A stretch of DNA of 64,000 bases from Bacteroidota bacterium (GTDB taxonomy: Bacteria > Bacteroidota > Bacteroidia > JADZBD01): the NCBI GenBank assembly GCA_040756415.1, contig JBFLYZ010000015.1:87-64086 (forward strand). The letters run 5' to 3'. Numbering within the stretch: the first letter of the stretch is position 1; each line of letters starts with the position of its first letter. Positions 35,733-44,873 of the stretch are shown one piece after another. The notes under the pieces are model-generated. The model did no database searches. It saw only the letters and a list, made by a program, of their open reading frames with translations, and was not told where the DNA came from. The position numbers were made by a program, and so were the translations under genes.

Positions 35733-36455
35733 TTATTTGCCTGTCAGGCGTTTGATCGTGCGGTTGAGGTACTTTTCTTTGGGCAGCAGGGATTGCTGAA
35801 TACGCCTGGCATAGCGTATGGAATCGATGATCTCTTTCTGCTTCTCTTCCACCTTTTTTTTCTGGAGCTCGATCTCCTGCAGTGATTCCTTGACCTTATC
35901 CTCCGCCTCTTTGCGGTACACCACTTCTCTCTTGAACTTCTGGTTCCAGGCGAATACGCTGATGGCGAGTATCACCATTCCCGCTGACATCATATTGTTG
36001 GCTCCGGGCCAGGACTGGAATTTGAATAGCATACCCAGCACCAGGGCCATAATACCCAGGTAATCGAACAGGCTGAGGAAGAAGGCGTCTCTCCTAGAGC
36101 GGGTATAGAGCTTCCATTTTTCGAACTTGCTCTTGAGCGCAAGCGTTCCGTAAAAGAAGCACAGTATGAACACCCCCACCATGATCTCCAACCTTGCACC
36201 CAACAGCGGTATTTTGGTGCTGATATAGCCGAAAACGATCAGCACGAGCGCCACCACGAGGCTGATGTTCTCTATGCGTTTGCGCCTGGGCGAATTGATC
36301 AGCAGCAGGGCCGAACCTACGCTCACCGCCAGCGATCCCGATAGAAAAGTGATGATGACGAACTTCAGCGATGCCAGTTTCAGCACATCCGATACGGACG
36401 CAGCGATCATGGAAAGCGCGCCAGCAAAGGTGAGGGCTATGGCCAGTATCCGCAT
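35733..36455 (-). CDS. Polytopic membrane protein ending in a SpoIIE/RsbU-type linker helix without the phosphatase domain
   Basis: About six TM segments, LGMLFKFQSWPGA (GldL-N-like), C-terminal EKQKEIIDSIRYARRIQQSLLP. Confidence 0.75.
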   Translation of the reverse strand: MRILAIALTFAGALSMIAASVSDVLKLASLKFVIITFLSGSLAVSVGSALLLINSPRRKRIENISLVVALVLIVFGYISTKIPLLGARLEIMVGVFILCFFYGTLALKSKFEKWKLYTRSRRDAFFLSLFDYLGIMALVLGMLFKFQSWPGANNMMSAGMVILAISVFAWNQKFKREVVYRKEAEDKVKESLQEIELQKKKVEEKQKEIIDSIRYARRIQQSLLPKEKYLNRTIKRLTGK

Positions 36456-36510
36456 GAGCGAGCTGAAAAAATTCTGTAACGGTATATTTTCGGGAAAAAA
36501 GGTAAAGGGC

Positions 36511-36636
36511 TTATCCCATTTTGTTCAGCTTCTTCACGGTCTTGTCCGTACGCTTGGCGCAGGCGTGCAGGGAAGTGAAGGCGAAGGCGGCCAGCAGGCC
36601 GAACAGGAGGAAGCGGGTAGTGAGAATCTTTTTCAT
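36511..36636 (-). CDS. 41-aa putative micro-lipoprotein
   Basis: MKKILTTRFLLFGLLAAFAFTSLHAC-AKRTDKTVKKLNKMG*; lipobox LHAC, host-like codons; not in the ORF track. Confidence 0.6.
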   Translation of the reverse strand: MKKILTTRFLLFGLLAAFAFTSLHACAKRTDKTVKKLNKMG

Positions 36637-36695
36637 AAGCGCGTTTTAAGGTAAAAGTAAAAGAATATCCGCTATAGCCAAACGGCCGCGCCCGG

Positions 36696-37070
36696 CTACT
36701 TTTGAAAACTTTTAAGCCAGGCCAGGGCTTTTTCCTCGCTGGTGAACGGGCGTATGGGCGTTGCCGGCCGGAAGAACAGCCTGTACAGCCAGGTGATGAA
36801 CATAACCGAGCGTTTTGAGGTAAGCACGGCCGTGGCCCTGCGCGTGTGGGCCTGCGTGGCCGCGTAGCGCTGCGCCTCGCGCGTTATCCTGTAGTTCACG
36901 TTGCCATATACCAGTACAAGCGCTTTTTGGTTTCCCGTAAGCCGGTGAGCGGATTCGTAGTGATTATGCACGTCCTGCAGCCTGATCAAGGCCCCTTCAA
37001 AGATGTGAATGCGCAAAATACCGTCATCCCCCATCACCAGGTGAGCGGTGGTAGTTCTGGATTCTTTCAT
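36696..37070 (-). CDS. STAS/SEC14-like small protein
   Basis: DDGILRI...ITREAQRY...AVL...P.RPFTSEEKALAWL; same pattern as 29547-29948. Confidence 0.75.
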   Translation of the reverse strand: MKESRTTTAHLVMGDDGILRIHIFEGALIRLQDVHNHYESAHRLTGNQKALVLVYGNVNYRITREAQRYAATQAHTRRATAVLTSKRSVMFITWLYRLFFRPATPIRPFTSEEKALAWLKSFQK

Positions 37071-37138
37071 TAAGGGCTCCCGGGGATGAGAGGAATTGCA
37101 GCAAAATTAATATAAACCCACTATCCGGGGACGATTTT

Positions 37139-38350
37139 TTATGAACGGTCATTCAGAAGCTGGCGCAGGGCTTGGAGGTACCTGTGCGGCTGGGCATGTA
37201 CTACCTGTACCCGGCCGCAGCCGGTGAAAGCGGCATAAGCCTTCAGCTCTTCGGCAAACAGCTCCATAAAACCCGCATCGGGGATGAATGCGGGCTCGAA
37301 GAAGAGCTTTTTCACGTAAAATACGCCCTTCTGCCTGTCGGCCCTGGGGTCGAGGCGCGCGGCAAAGCGCCCGTCATAGAGTACGGGCAGGCAGAAATAG
37401 CCGTATTTGCGCTTGTGCTCGGGCAGGTAACATTCAATGGTGAAATCAAAGCCGAAAAGCTGCCGGGTGCGTTTGCGCTGGATGAGCAGGTTATCGAAGG
37501 GGGAGAGCAGGCGAACCCTCGTATCCGCCCGTAAGCGATCCATGCCAGCCAGCTTATCCGCTGTGCTGTAATACACGGTTTCGGGGTCAGTCTTCAGCTT
37601 CAGGCTGACGAGCGTGTTATCGGCCAGCATACGCCTGAGCTCTTTTCCCACCATGCCCTGCACCCCTTTGCGCAGGTAGCTGATCTCTTTTTCGCTCACC
37701 AGCCCGTGGGCCCTGATCTTTTTCCGGATAAGGTATTCGGCAAACTCCGCATCGGAAGGCGGGCGCGTGTCCGTACCGGCAGGCAGCACCCGCTCGGCCA
37801 GGTCGTACACTTTCTGGAAGCCCTGCCGCCTGCTCACCATCAGCACGCCTTCGAGAAAGAGCTGCTCCAGGGCCCGCTTGGCCGGCTTCCACGTGTACCA
37901 TTCGCCACTCCTGCCCCCGGGGTTCTCAAAATCCCTGCTCTGCAGGGGCCCTTCGCTGCGAATGCGGTCGAGCACGTAGCGCTTCACTCGTTTATCCTGC
38001 CTGAACCAATGCGATTTGCCGTTCAGGTAGCTTTGCTTCTTATGGAGCGAGAAACGGAAGTCTTTCATGGGCAGGCAGGCTGCCGCGTGGCTCCAGTACT
38101 CGAAAACGGATTTGTCCTTTTCCATGAGCTCGTCCAGGTGCTTTTCGCGGTAGCCCGATGTCCTGCTCCACAGCACGTGATGATGGGCCCGGGCCGCCAC
38201 CGAGAGGGTATCGATCTGCACATAGCCCAGGTGCTCTATAACGGCTAATGCGCCCTGCTTGCCCTTACGCTTCGGGCCAGCGAGGCCCTGGCTGGCCAGC
38301 GCCAGCAGGCGGGCCTGCTCAAGGGAGATAACAGCCGGTTTTGACTTCAT
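37139..38350 (-). CDS. Winged-helix DNA interstrand-crosslink glycosylase, YcaQ/AlkZ family
   Basis: VQIDT catalytic QxD, FEYWSHAA, LLSPFDNL, R.YGYFCLPVL. Confidence 0.9.
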   Translation of the reverse strand: MKSKPAVISLEQARLLALASQGLAGPKRKGKQGALAVIEHLGYVQIDTLSVAARAHHHVLWSRTSGYREKHLDELMEKDKSVFEYWSHAAACLPMKDFRFSLHKKQSYLNGKSHWFRQDKRVKRYVLDRIRSEGPLQSRDFENPGGRSGEWYTWKPAKRALEQLFLEGVLMVSRRQGFQKVYDLAERVLPAGTDTRPPSDAEFAEYLIRKKIRAHGLVSEKEISYLRKGVQGMVGKELRRMLADNTLVSLKLKTDPETVYYSTADKLAGMDRLRADTRVRLLSPFDNLLIQRKRTRQLFGFDFTIECYLPEHKRKYGYFCLPVLYDGRFAARLDPRADRQKGVFYVKKLFFEPAFIPDAGFMELFAEELKAYAAFTGCGRVQVVHAQPHRYLQALRQLLNDRS

Positions 38351-38459
38351 GACAGCGAAAATAGATTTAATTAACAAGCTGAAAAAACCTGTCGGGCTCT
38401 CGTTTTTATTTTTTATTTTAGAATCCCTTTTCTGAGAAATAAATAAAAAACACGCGTAT

Positions 38460-41201
38460 ATGTTCTGGGGCAGAAAAAACAAGGACGAAAACAAAGAGGA
38501 GAAAAAAGAAACTCCCAAGCCGGAAGAGAAAAAATCCGACAACAAGAACTTCAAGAAATACAAGTTCAAGGAGCTGAAGATCTATTCCAGCGATGAATGG
38601 ATGGCGGGCTCTACCAAGAAGTACCGCACCGTTTTCGAGCGCATGGAAACCACCTATATGCGTGCCGAGTTCTCGTTCTATAACAAGCTCTTTGACGAGG
38701 AGCCCTGGAAATGCAAGATCACCTATAAATGCTTTTCGGTCGACAAGAGCAACCGCAAGGAGCTCTGCAGCTACGACATAGATAAGGAAGTTGGCATAGA
38801 TGAGAACATCGTGTATATACGCGATGGCTGGGGTAATGCCACGGCCGGCTCGTACTGGTTCCGCGGTGATTACGACTGGGAAGCCTATATTGACGGTGAG
38901 CTGGTGGCCACCACGCGCTTCTACGTGGAGGATGTGGGCATGGTAACCCAGGGCGATAACCCCTATTTCGATATCGAATCGGTGAAGCTGTATGAAGGCG
39001 ATTACGATGGCAACAGCAAGGACGGGGTCAGGCGCTATTACAAGAAGATCAGCCAGAAGGATACCCGCTACCTGTGGGTGGAGCTGAAGCTGAAGAACAA
39101 GACCGCCAAGGATTATTATTGCGAGGTCTTCTTCAACTTCTATGACGATGCCGGCCAGCCCAAAGGACAGGATATACGCAGGCAGTTCTTCAAGGCGAAT
39201 ACCGATAACCAGGTTTATACGTTTGACGCGGGATGGGGCAATGCCGCAGGCGGTTCGTGGAAGGATGACAAGTACCTGCTCGAGATCGTGTTCATGGATA
39301 CGCTTATTGCCGTGGTGCCTTTCGAGGCGGGCGATACATTCGAAGAGGGCGATGTGGAAGTGATCTCCAACTTCGAGGAGGCCATACACAAATCGGGAAG
39401 CGCGGCCAAGAAGTCGGAGGGAGGCGCTGCCGCCAACAACCAGAACCAGAAGCAGGAGGAAACGGTGGAGGACCTGCTTGCCAAGCTGGACGAGCTCATC
39501 GGCCTGGAGAACATCAAGAAGGAGGTGCGCGACCAGATGAACAATATCAAGTTTGCGCAACTGCGTAAGGAGAAGGGGATTGATGATAATACCCGGGCCA
39601 ACCTGCACAGCGTATTCACCGGAAACCCCGGCACGGGCAAGACCACGGTGGTGAACATGCTGGGCAAGATCTACCAGAAGATGGGGTTGCTCAGCAAAGG
39701 GCACGTGAAGGAGGTTGACCGCAGCGACCTGGTGGCCCAGTACATCGGGCAGACCGCACCGAAAGTGAAGAAGATCATCGAAGAGGCGCGCGGTGGCATC
39801 CTGTTCATCGATGAGGCCTACTCGCTCAGCCGGGCCAAAGAAGATAAAAACGATTTCGGCCACGAGGTGATCGAGATACTGATCAAGGAAATGAGCGATG
39901 GCAAGGGCGACCTGGCCATCATGTACGCGGGCTACCCCAAGGAGATGAAGGAGTTCGTGGACACCAACCCGGGCATGAAATCCAGGCTGGGGCATTATTT
40001 CCATTTCGAGGATTACCTGCCCGAGGAGCTTTCGAAAATAGCGGAATACGCCTGCAACAAGTACAAGGTGACGCTTACGCCCGAGGCCAAAAAATACATG
40101 GACGAGATGCTGATCGATGCCTACCGGGCGCGCGATAACTCATTCGGGAACGCGCGGTACGTTTACGGTATCATCAACGAGGCCAAGGAAGAGCTGGGCC
40201 TGCGCCTGATGAAGCACCCCGACCTGCAGAACCTTACGGCAGAGCAGATGTCGCTCATCGAGCTGGAGGATATGAAAAAGGTATTTGCAGCGCACAGCAA
40301 GAAGAAGCTCAAGCTCGACCTGGACGAGAAGCTGCTGAAGGAGGGATTGAACGAGCTGAACGAGCTCACGGGAATGAGCACCCTGAAAGCGGAGGTGAAC
40401 GAGCTGGTGAAGCTGGCGCGCTTTTACCGCGAGATGGGCAAGGATGTGCTGAACAAGTTCTCGCTGCACAGCGTGTTCACCGGTAACCCCGGTACGGGTA
40501 AGACCACCGTGGCCAGGATCATTGCCAAGATATATAAAGGCCTGGGATTACTGGAAAGAGGCCATATCGTGGAGGTGGACCGCGAGGCCCTTATTGCAGG
40601 GTACATCGGCCAGACCGCGATCAAGACGGGCGAGAAGATCACCGAGGCCATGGGCGGCATCCTGTTCATTGACGAAGCCTATTCGCTCGTTACCCGGGGC
40701 ACCAGCAACGATTTCGGCCAGGAAGCCATACAGATCATCCTCAAGCGCATGGAAGATTTCCGCGGGCAGTTCGGGGTGATCGTGGCCGGCTACCCCGATA
40801 ATATGAACGAGTTCATCCAGTCGAACCCCGGCCTCAAGTCGCGCTTCGATCGTACCTTCCACTTCGAGGATTACTCAGCGGGCGAAATGTACCAGATCGC
40901 CCTGAGCATATTATCGAAGGAAAAGATGAAACCCGATGCCCAGGCGGCCGAGCACCTGCAGAAGTATTTTGAGTTCCTGCATGCCAACCGCGATAAGCAT
41001 TTCGGCAATGCGCGTACGGTAAGGCAGGTGGTCAGCGAGGCCATCAAGAACCAGCACATCCGATTGGCCAGCATGGAGGCATCGCAGCGAACACCCGATA
41101 TGATCGATGTGCTGACCCTGGATGATGTGAAAGAGTTCGAGATCAAGGAATCGCGCTCGCAGGGAGGAACGCTGGGGTTCAAGTTTGGGAATAATAAATA
41201 G
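38460..41201 (+). CDS. SpoVK/CbxX/EccA-family double AAA+ ATPase with duplicated N-terminal domain
   Basis: Two GNPGTGKT Walker A, two ILFIDEAYSL Walker B, NPG.KSR and FGNAR motifs. Confidence 0.92.
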   Translation: MFWGRKNKDENKEEKKETPKPEEKKSDNKNFKKYKFKELKIYSSDEWMAGSTKKYRTVFERMETTYMRAEFSFYNKLFDEEPWKCKITYKCFSVDKSNRKELCSYDIDKEVGIDENIVYIRDGWGNATAGSYWFRGDYDWEAYIDGELVATTRFYVEDVGMVTQGDNPYFDIESVKLYEGDYDGNSKDGVRRYYKKISQKDTRYLWVELKLKNKTAKDYYCEVFFNFYDDAGQPKGQDIRRQFFKANTDNQVYTFDAGWGNAAGGSWKDDKYLLEIVFMDTLIAVVPFEAGDTFEEGDVEVISNFEEAIHKSGSAAKKSEGGAAANNQNQKQEETVEDLLAKLDELIGLENIKKEVRDQMNNIKFAQLRKEKGIDDNTRANLHSVFTGNPGTGKTTVVNMLGKIYQKMGLLSKGHVKEVDRSDLVAQYIGQTAPKVKKIIEEARGGILFIDEAYSLSRAKEDKNDFGHEVIEILIKEMSDGKGDLAIMYAGYPKEMKEFVDTNPGMKSRLGHYFHFEDYLPEELSKIAEYACNKYKVTLTPEAKKYMDEMLIDAYRARDNSFGNARYVYGIINEAKEELGLRLMKHPDLQNLTAEQMSLIELEDMKKVFAAHSKKKLKLDLDEKLLKEGLNELNELTGMSTLKAEVNELVKLARFYREMGKDVLNKFSLHSVFTGNPGTGKTTVARIIAKIYKGLGLLERGHIVEVDREALIAGYIGQTAIKTGEKITEAMGGILFIDEAYSLVTRGTSNDFGQEAIQIILKRMEDFRGQFGVIVAGYPDNMNEFIQSNPGLKSRFDRTFHFEDYSAGEMYQIALSILSKEKMKPDAQAAEHLQKYFEFLHANRDKHFGNARTVRQVVSEAIKNQHIRLASMEASQRTPDMIDVLTLDDVKEFEIKESRSQGGTLGFKFGNNK

Positions 41202-41202
41202 G

Positions 41203-41250
41203 GGAATAAGGAAATAAGGAAATAAGGAAGGGCCCTCATGGGCCCTTTTG
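41203..41250. terminator. GRAATAAG x3 octamer repeat followed by a terminator hairpin
   Basis: GGAATAAG GAAATAAG GAAATAAG then AAGGGCCC-TCAT-GGGCCCTTTT between convergent genes. Confidence 0.7.
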
Positions 41251-41257
41251 TTTGGAT

Positions 41258-41881
41258 TTATTTCTCTTTCTCGGGTCCGGAAAAGGACATTACGCAATTC
41301 CAGGTGGAGGATTTATGCTCGCGCAGGGCTACTCCTATGTACTTGAAATTGGGATCAAGTATGTTCTTGCGGTGGCCTGAATCGCCTACGCCTTCGTCAA
41401 TGAGCAGGGCCATCACGATCTTCATGGCCTTGTTGCTGCCGTAGTGGCAATTCTCACCCAGCCCGCTGTATTTCTTCTTGGCGGCCGCGTAGCGCTTCTC
41501 AAAGTTCTCGTGTCCTTTCTTGCCGGTCTTGCCCATTTGCTCGGCATGATCTTTAGCGATGGCATACATGTCTTCGGCCACGGCCAGCGCGCTCATCGGC
41601 TTGGTGGTGAGCAGGGTCTTCTTCAGACTGTTGAGATAGGCCGAGCCCTTATAGCTCACCGAGTCGATATAATGCTCCACGATGGTCTCGGCAAAGAGCT
41701 TGGGATTGACGCGGGCCATGTTACAGAGGGTGATCACCCGCTTTTCCTCATCGCCCAGGTAGCTGATGTTCTTGCCGCTGTTGGCCTTTTCAATTTCTTT
41801 GGCGTCCCACTTGGCGTAAGGGCCGGTCTGCACCGCGCTGCAGAGAAAGATCGCAGCTATAATGAAAACGAGTTTTCTCAT
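41258..41881 (-). CDS. CAP (SCP) domain secreted protein
   Basis: AKDHAEQM..GH, GENC, LLIDEGV..GHRKNIL. Confidence 0.88.
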   Translation of the reverse strand: MRKLVFIIAAIFLCSAVQTGPYAKWDAKEIEKANSGKNISYLGDEEKRVITLCNMARVNPKLFAETIVEHYIDSVSYKGSAYLNSLKKTLLTTKPMSALAVAEDMYAIAKDHAEQMGKTGKKGHENFEKRYAAAKKKYSGLGENCHYGSNKAMKIVMALLIDEGVGDSGHRKNILDPNFKYIGVALREHKSSTWNCVMSFSGPEKEK

Positions 41882-41897
41882 ATGATCGGGTTTCAGA

Positions 41898-42650
41898 TCA
41901 AAATTCGTACCCTACGCTGATGCTCAGGTTATTGTTCCGGAACAGGATATTGTTGGAATTGTTATCTCCTATATACCGGTGGCGCGAAAGGTTGTAACGG
42001 TAATACACTTCAAACACCCAGCCCTGTTTCATATTGGGTATGCGGTGCTCGGCTCCTATGCCGGCCATCAGGGCGGAGCTGCCGTTCTCCATCAGCAGGT
42101 CATGCTCTATGGTCAGGGGGGAGACTCCTTTGGCCGCCATTTTCGAATCCGTTTTGCTGATGATCCTGTACCCGGCTCCCAGCATATAACGGTAGGCCCA
42201 CCCGGCCGAGAAATAAAATGAATTGGTATTATCGTTCTCGCTGTTGATGCTCTGCTTGAACAGGATGGGAATGTAGAGCTCGTGCAGTCGCACCTTGTGC
42301 GTGTAGGCAAAGTTCTTATCGTAAAAAGGCGTGGAGCCCACCGGGAAATAATAGCTGTCGAAGGTAATGCCCTCACCCAGGTATTCAATACCCATGAGCA
42401 GCTTGAGCTTCTTGCTTTCGGGAAAGTTCAGCTCACCCTTGTAGCTCAGCCCGAATCCCTGGGTAGGCTTAACATTGCCCATGTAATCGGTATTGGGCTT
42501 GTAAAACGAGACCACGGCCATGAAGCTGGCGCGCCATTTCATCACGATGTCCTTGGGGTTGATATGCACATCTCCGCCCATTTTCTGCGCGCTGGAGCAC
42601 AGCGAAACCGCGGATAAACTAAAGATCAATATGGCTCGAAATGATCGCAT
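41898..42650 (-). CDS. Outer-membrane beta-barrel (porin/PorT-like) protein
   Basis: Signal peptide, amphipathic strands, C-terminal SVGYEF. Confidence 0.7.
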   Translation of the reverse strand: MRSFRAILIFSLSAVSLCSSAQKMGGDVHINPKDIVMKWRASFMAVVSFYKPNTDYMGNVKPTQGFGLSYKGELNFPESKKLKLLMGIEYLGEGITFDSYYFPVGSTPFYDKNFAYTHKVRLHELYIPILFKQSINSENDNTNSFYFSAGWAYRYMLGAGYRIISKTDSKMAAKGVSPLTIEHDLLMENGSSALMAGIGAEHRIPNMKQGWVFEVYYRYNLSRHRYIGDNNSNNILFRNNNLSISVGYEF

Positions 42651-42666
42651 TCTTCTATTCTACAAA

Positions 42667-44466
42667 CTACAAACTACCACTTCCATAAACTTTTTCACCG
42701 TTCAGGAAGGTGTACAGCACTTTCGTGGAAAGTATTTTCGATTCTTCGCACTTCATGATATCGTTGTCCAGTATCACGAAATCGGCAAATTTGCCCGGCT
42801 CTATGCTGCCTTTCTCCTTTTCCTCAAAGTTAGCGAAAGCGCCCCAAATGGTCATGCCTTTTAATGTTTCTTCTCTTGTAAGCGCTTCTTCCGACATAAA
42901 TCCGCCCTCAGGGAATCCTTTGGCGTCTTTTCTGAATACTGCGGCATAAAAAGTGGTCATGGGATTGATCTGTTCCACGGGGAAATCGGTTCCCAGGGCT
43001 ACCATTCCTGCAGCTTTCAATAAGGATCTATAAGCATAAGCGCCTTTCATTCGCTCTTTTCCCAACCGCTCCTCCGCCCAGTACATATCGCTGGTGGCAT
43101 GGGTGGGTTGGACGGAGGGAATGATGCCGCAGGTTTTATAGATGTCAAGATCGGAGGGGTGGATCACCTGGGCGTGCTCGATACGCCATCTCCAGTACTT
43201 TGGTCCGGGATCGTGCGTCCTTAAGCTAATGATGGTATCGCTGCCATTGAGTTTTTTGCGGGGAAACAAGACGGTATTACGGTAAACGTTAAGCATCGCC
43301 CTGTGGGCAGAATCTCCGATGCAATGAACGTTCATCTGAAAGCCCTGCTCATAGAGCTGCAGTGCCCTTTTCTCAAAATGAGCCAGCTTGTTAAGCAGAA
43401 ATCCTGACCATCCCTTTTTGTCATGGTAATCTTCCATCAGGCAGGCCCCGCGTGAGCCTAAAGCGCCATCGGCATACAGCTTGAATGAACGGACATTTAA
43501 GCGCTCGGTTTTATATACGTTCTTTACAAGGTAATGGGCATAGTTCGGTGCCGAATCGCTGAGCATGGCATACACCCGCATCTTCAGCTTACCCTGCTTC
43601 TGCAGGCTGTCTATCGCATCGATCTCGTGCTTCATGAGCCCCGCGTCATCTACGGTGGTCAGGCCTACTTCAAAACAATTTTTTTGAGCTTTGAGCAGGG
43701 CATTTTCCATCTGGGCCGGGGTGGGCGGTGGAATGACGGAAGCCACCAGGTCTATCGCATTGTCGATCAAGATGCCGGTAGGATCGAAATAGGGATAGCT
43801 CATGCGCTTTATTTCTTTCCGGTCTTCTTCCACCGTCCAGGAATCATCATTCGTAAATACATATTCTATCGTACCGCCCGTCACTTTGGTCCGATTGGTG
43901 ATCTTCGCTCTCCTCAATGCCTCGCCATTCACCAGGACAGCATGTCCGTCAATTCGCTTCAGGAAGACCGGGGTGTTCGGAAACAGCGAATCCAGCTTTT
44001 TGCGGTCGGGGAACTCTTTTACATCCCAGTCGTTCTGGTCCCAGCCGCGGCCAATGATCCATTCGCTTTTATTCACCTCGGCAAACTCCACTACTTTCTT
44101 CAGCACTTCATCAAAGGATTTGGTCCCCACCAGGTCGGCCTGGTTCAGGCCCAGGCCATACCCGAGAAAATGGCAATGCGAATCGATGAAGCCGGGGTAG
44201 ACGGCTTTGCCCTGCGCGTCCAGCTTTTCGCCATCGTATTGCGCCAGGATGGAGTCGCTCTTGCCAACCGCAATGATCTTCCCGTCTTTTATGGCAAAGC
44301 TCTCGGCAACAGAAAAGAGCGAATCAACGGTATAAACAACGGCATTATGAACAATGAGATCGACTTTTTCCCTTGGTTTTTCTGAAGAGCAGGAAAAAAA
44401 GTTTACCACGGAGATGCAGAGAACACAGAGAGGCACGGAGAAAGGAGATCTGCGTGGAAAGTTCAT
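42667..44466 (-). CDS. Amidohydrolase 3 family lipoprotein (YtcJ-like)
   Basis: PGFIDSHCH, GRGWDQNDW, ADGALGSRGA, HCIGD, RIEHAQ, LGTDFPVE, GKFADFVIL. Confidence 0.93.
   Translation of the reverse strand: MNFPRRSPFSVPLCVLCISVVNFFSCSSEKPREKVDLIVHNAVVYTVDSLFSVAESFAIKDGKIIAVGKSDSILAQYDGEKLDAQGKAVYPGFIDSHCHFLGYGLGLNQADLVGTKSFDEVLKKVVEFAEVNKSEWIIGRGWDQNDWDVKEFPDRKKLDSLFPNTPVFLKRIDGHAVLVNGEALRRAKITNRTKVTGGTIEYVFTNDDSWTVEEDRKEIKRMSYPYFDPTGILIDNAIDLVASVIPPPTPAQMENALLKAQKNCFEVGLTTVDDAGLMKHEIDAIDSLQKQGKLKMRVYAMLSDSAPNYAHYLVKNVYKTERLNVRSFKLYADGALGSRGACLMEDYHDKKGWSGFLLNKLAHFEKRALQLYEQGFQMNVHCIGDSAHRAMLNVYRNTVLFPRKKLNGSDTIISLRTHDPGPKYWRWRIEHAQVIHPSDLDIYKTCGIIPSVQPTHATSDMYWAEERLGKERMKGAYAYRSLLKAAGMVALGTDFPVEQINPMTTFYAAVFRKDAKGFPEGGFMSEEALTREETLKGMTIWGAFANFEEKEKGSIEPGKFADFVILDNDIMKCEESKILSTKVLYTFLNGEKVYGSGSL
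44402..44443. repeat. Downstream arm of the imperfect inverted repeat around GxxExxY #1
   Basis: TTTACCACGGAGATGCAGAGAACACAGAGAGGCACGGAGAAA; CACRGAG subunits. Confidence 0.85.
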
Positions 44467-44873
44467 TTTCTTGGAAGTTTGGCAAATTCAGGAGTAACGA
44501 GAGAAACCATTGTGTCTTTTATATTCAAACTGCAGAAATTGAATAAAAGGCCTTTAGGTTTTCCGGCCAGGGTCAAATAGGAAAGTAAAATAGCCGTGTG
44601 AACGGGATGTAGAACTTCCACGGCCTTATTCCCTACAATCACCAGATCATTAACTATAAGATCGAGCTTGAGCGGGTTTCCAAGTGTTTTCCCTTTATAC
44701 ATAATAGATACTGCGAGTTGCCTTTTGGGAAAAAGTTCAGCCTCCTTTAGCTCATCAAACAAACATTCTTCATAAACTGATTCAAGTAGTCCTGGTCCAA
44801 GTTGCTTATGAACCTCAATAGCACAACCAATTATCTTGAATGAAAGGCTGTTGATGTATTCCTGAGTAATCAT
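44463..44873 (-). CDS. GxxExxY protein (PD-(D/E)XK nuclease fold), possibly inactivated
   Basis: IGCAIEVHKQLGPGLLESVYE; ExK site reads GNK; alternative start at 44900 lies inside the repeat. Confidence 0.9.
   Translation of the reverse strand: MITQEYINSLSFKIIGCAIEVHKQLGPGLLESVYEECLFDELKEAELFPKRQLAVSIMYKGKTLGNPLKLDLIVNDLVIVGNKAVEVLHPVHTAILLSYLTLAGKPKGLLFNFCSLNIKDTMVSLVTPEFAKLPRK

Noticed and set aside
6936-40004. Long antisense ORFs (6936..8291, 14477..15985, 33549..34616, 38418..40004 and similar)
   Set aside because: They overlap well-supported genes on the opposite strand, lack recognisable motifs and are expected with GC3-biased codons.
38460-41201. Type VII secretion (EccA) or sporulation locus
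   Set aside because: No WXG100, FtsK/EccC or sporulation genes nearby; family membership alone does not support it.
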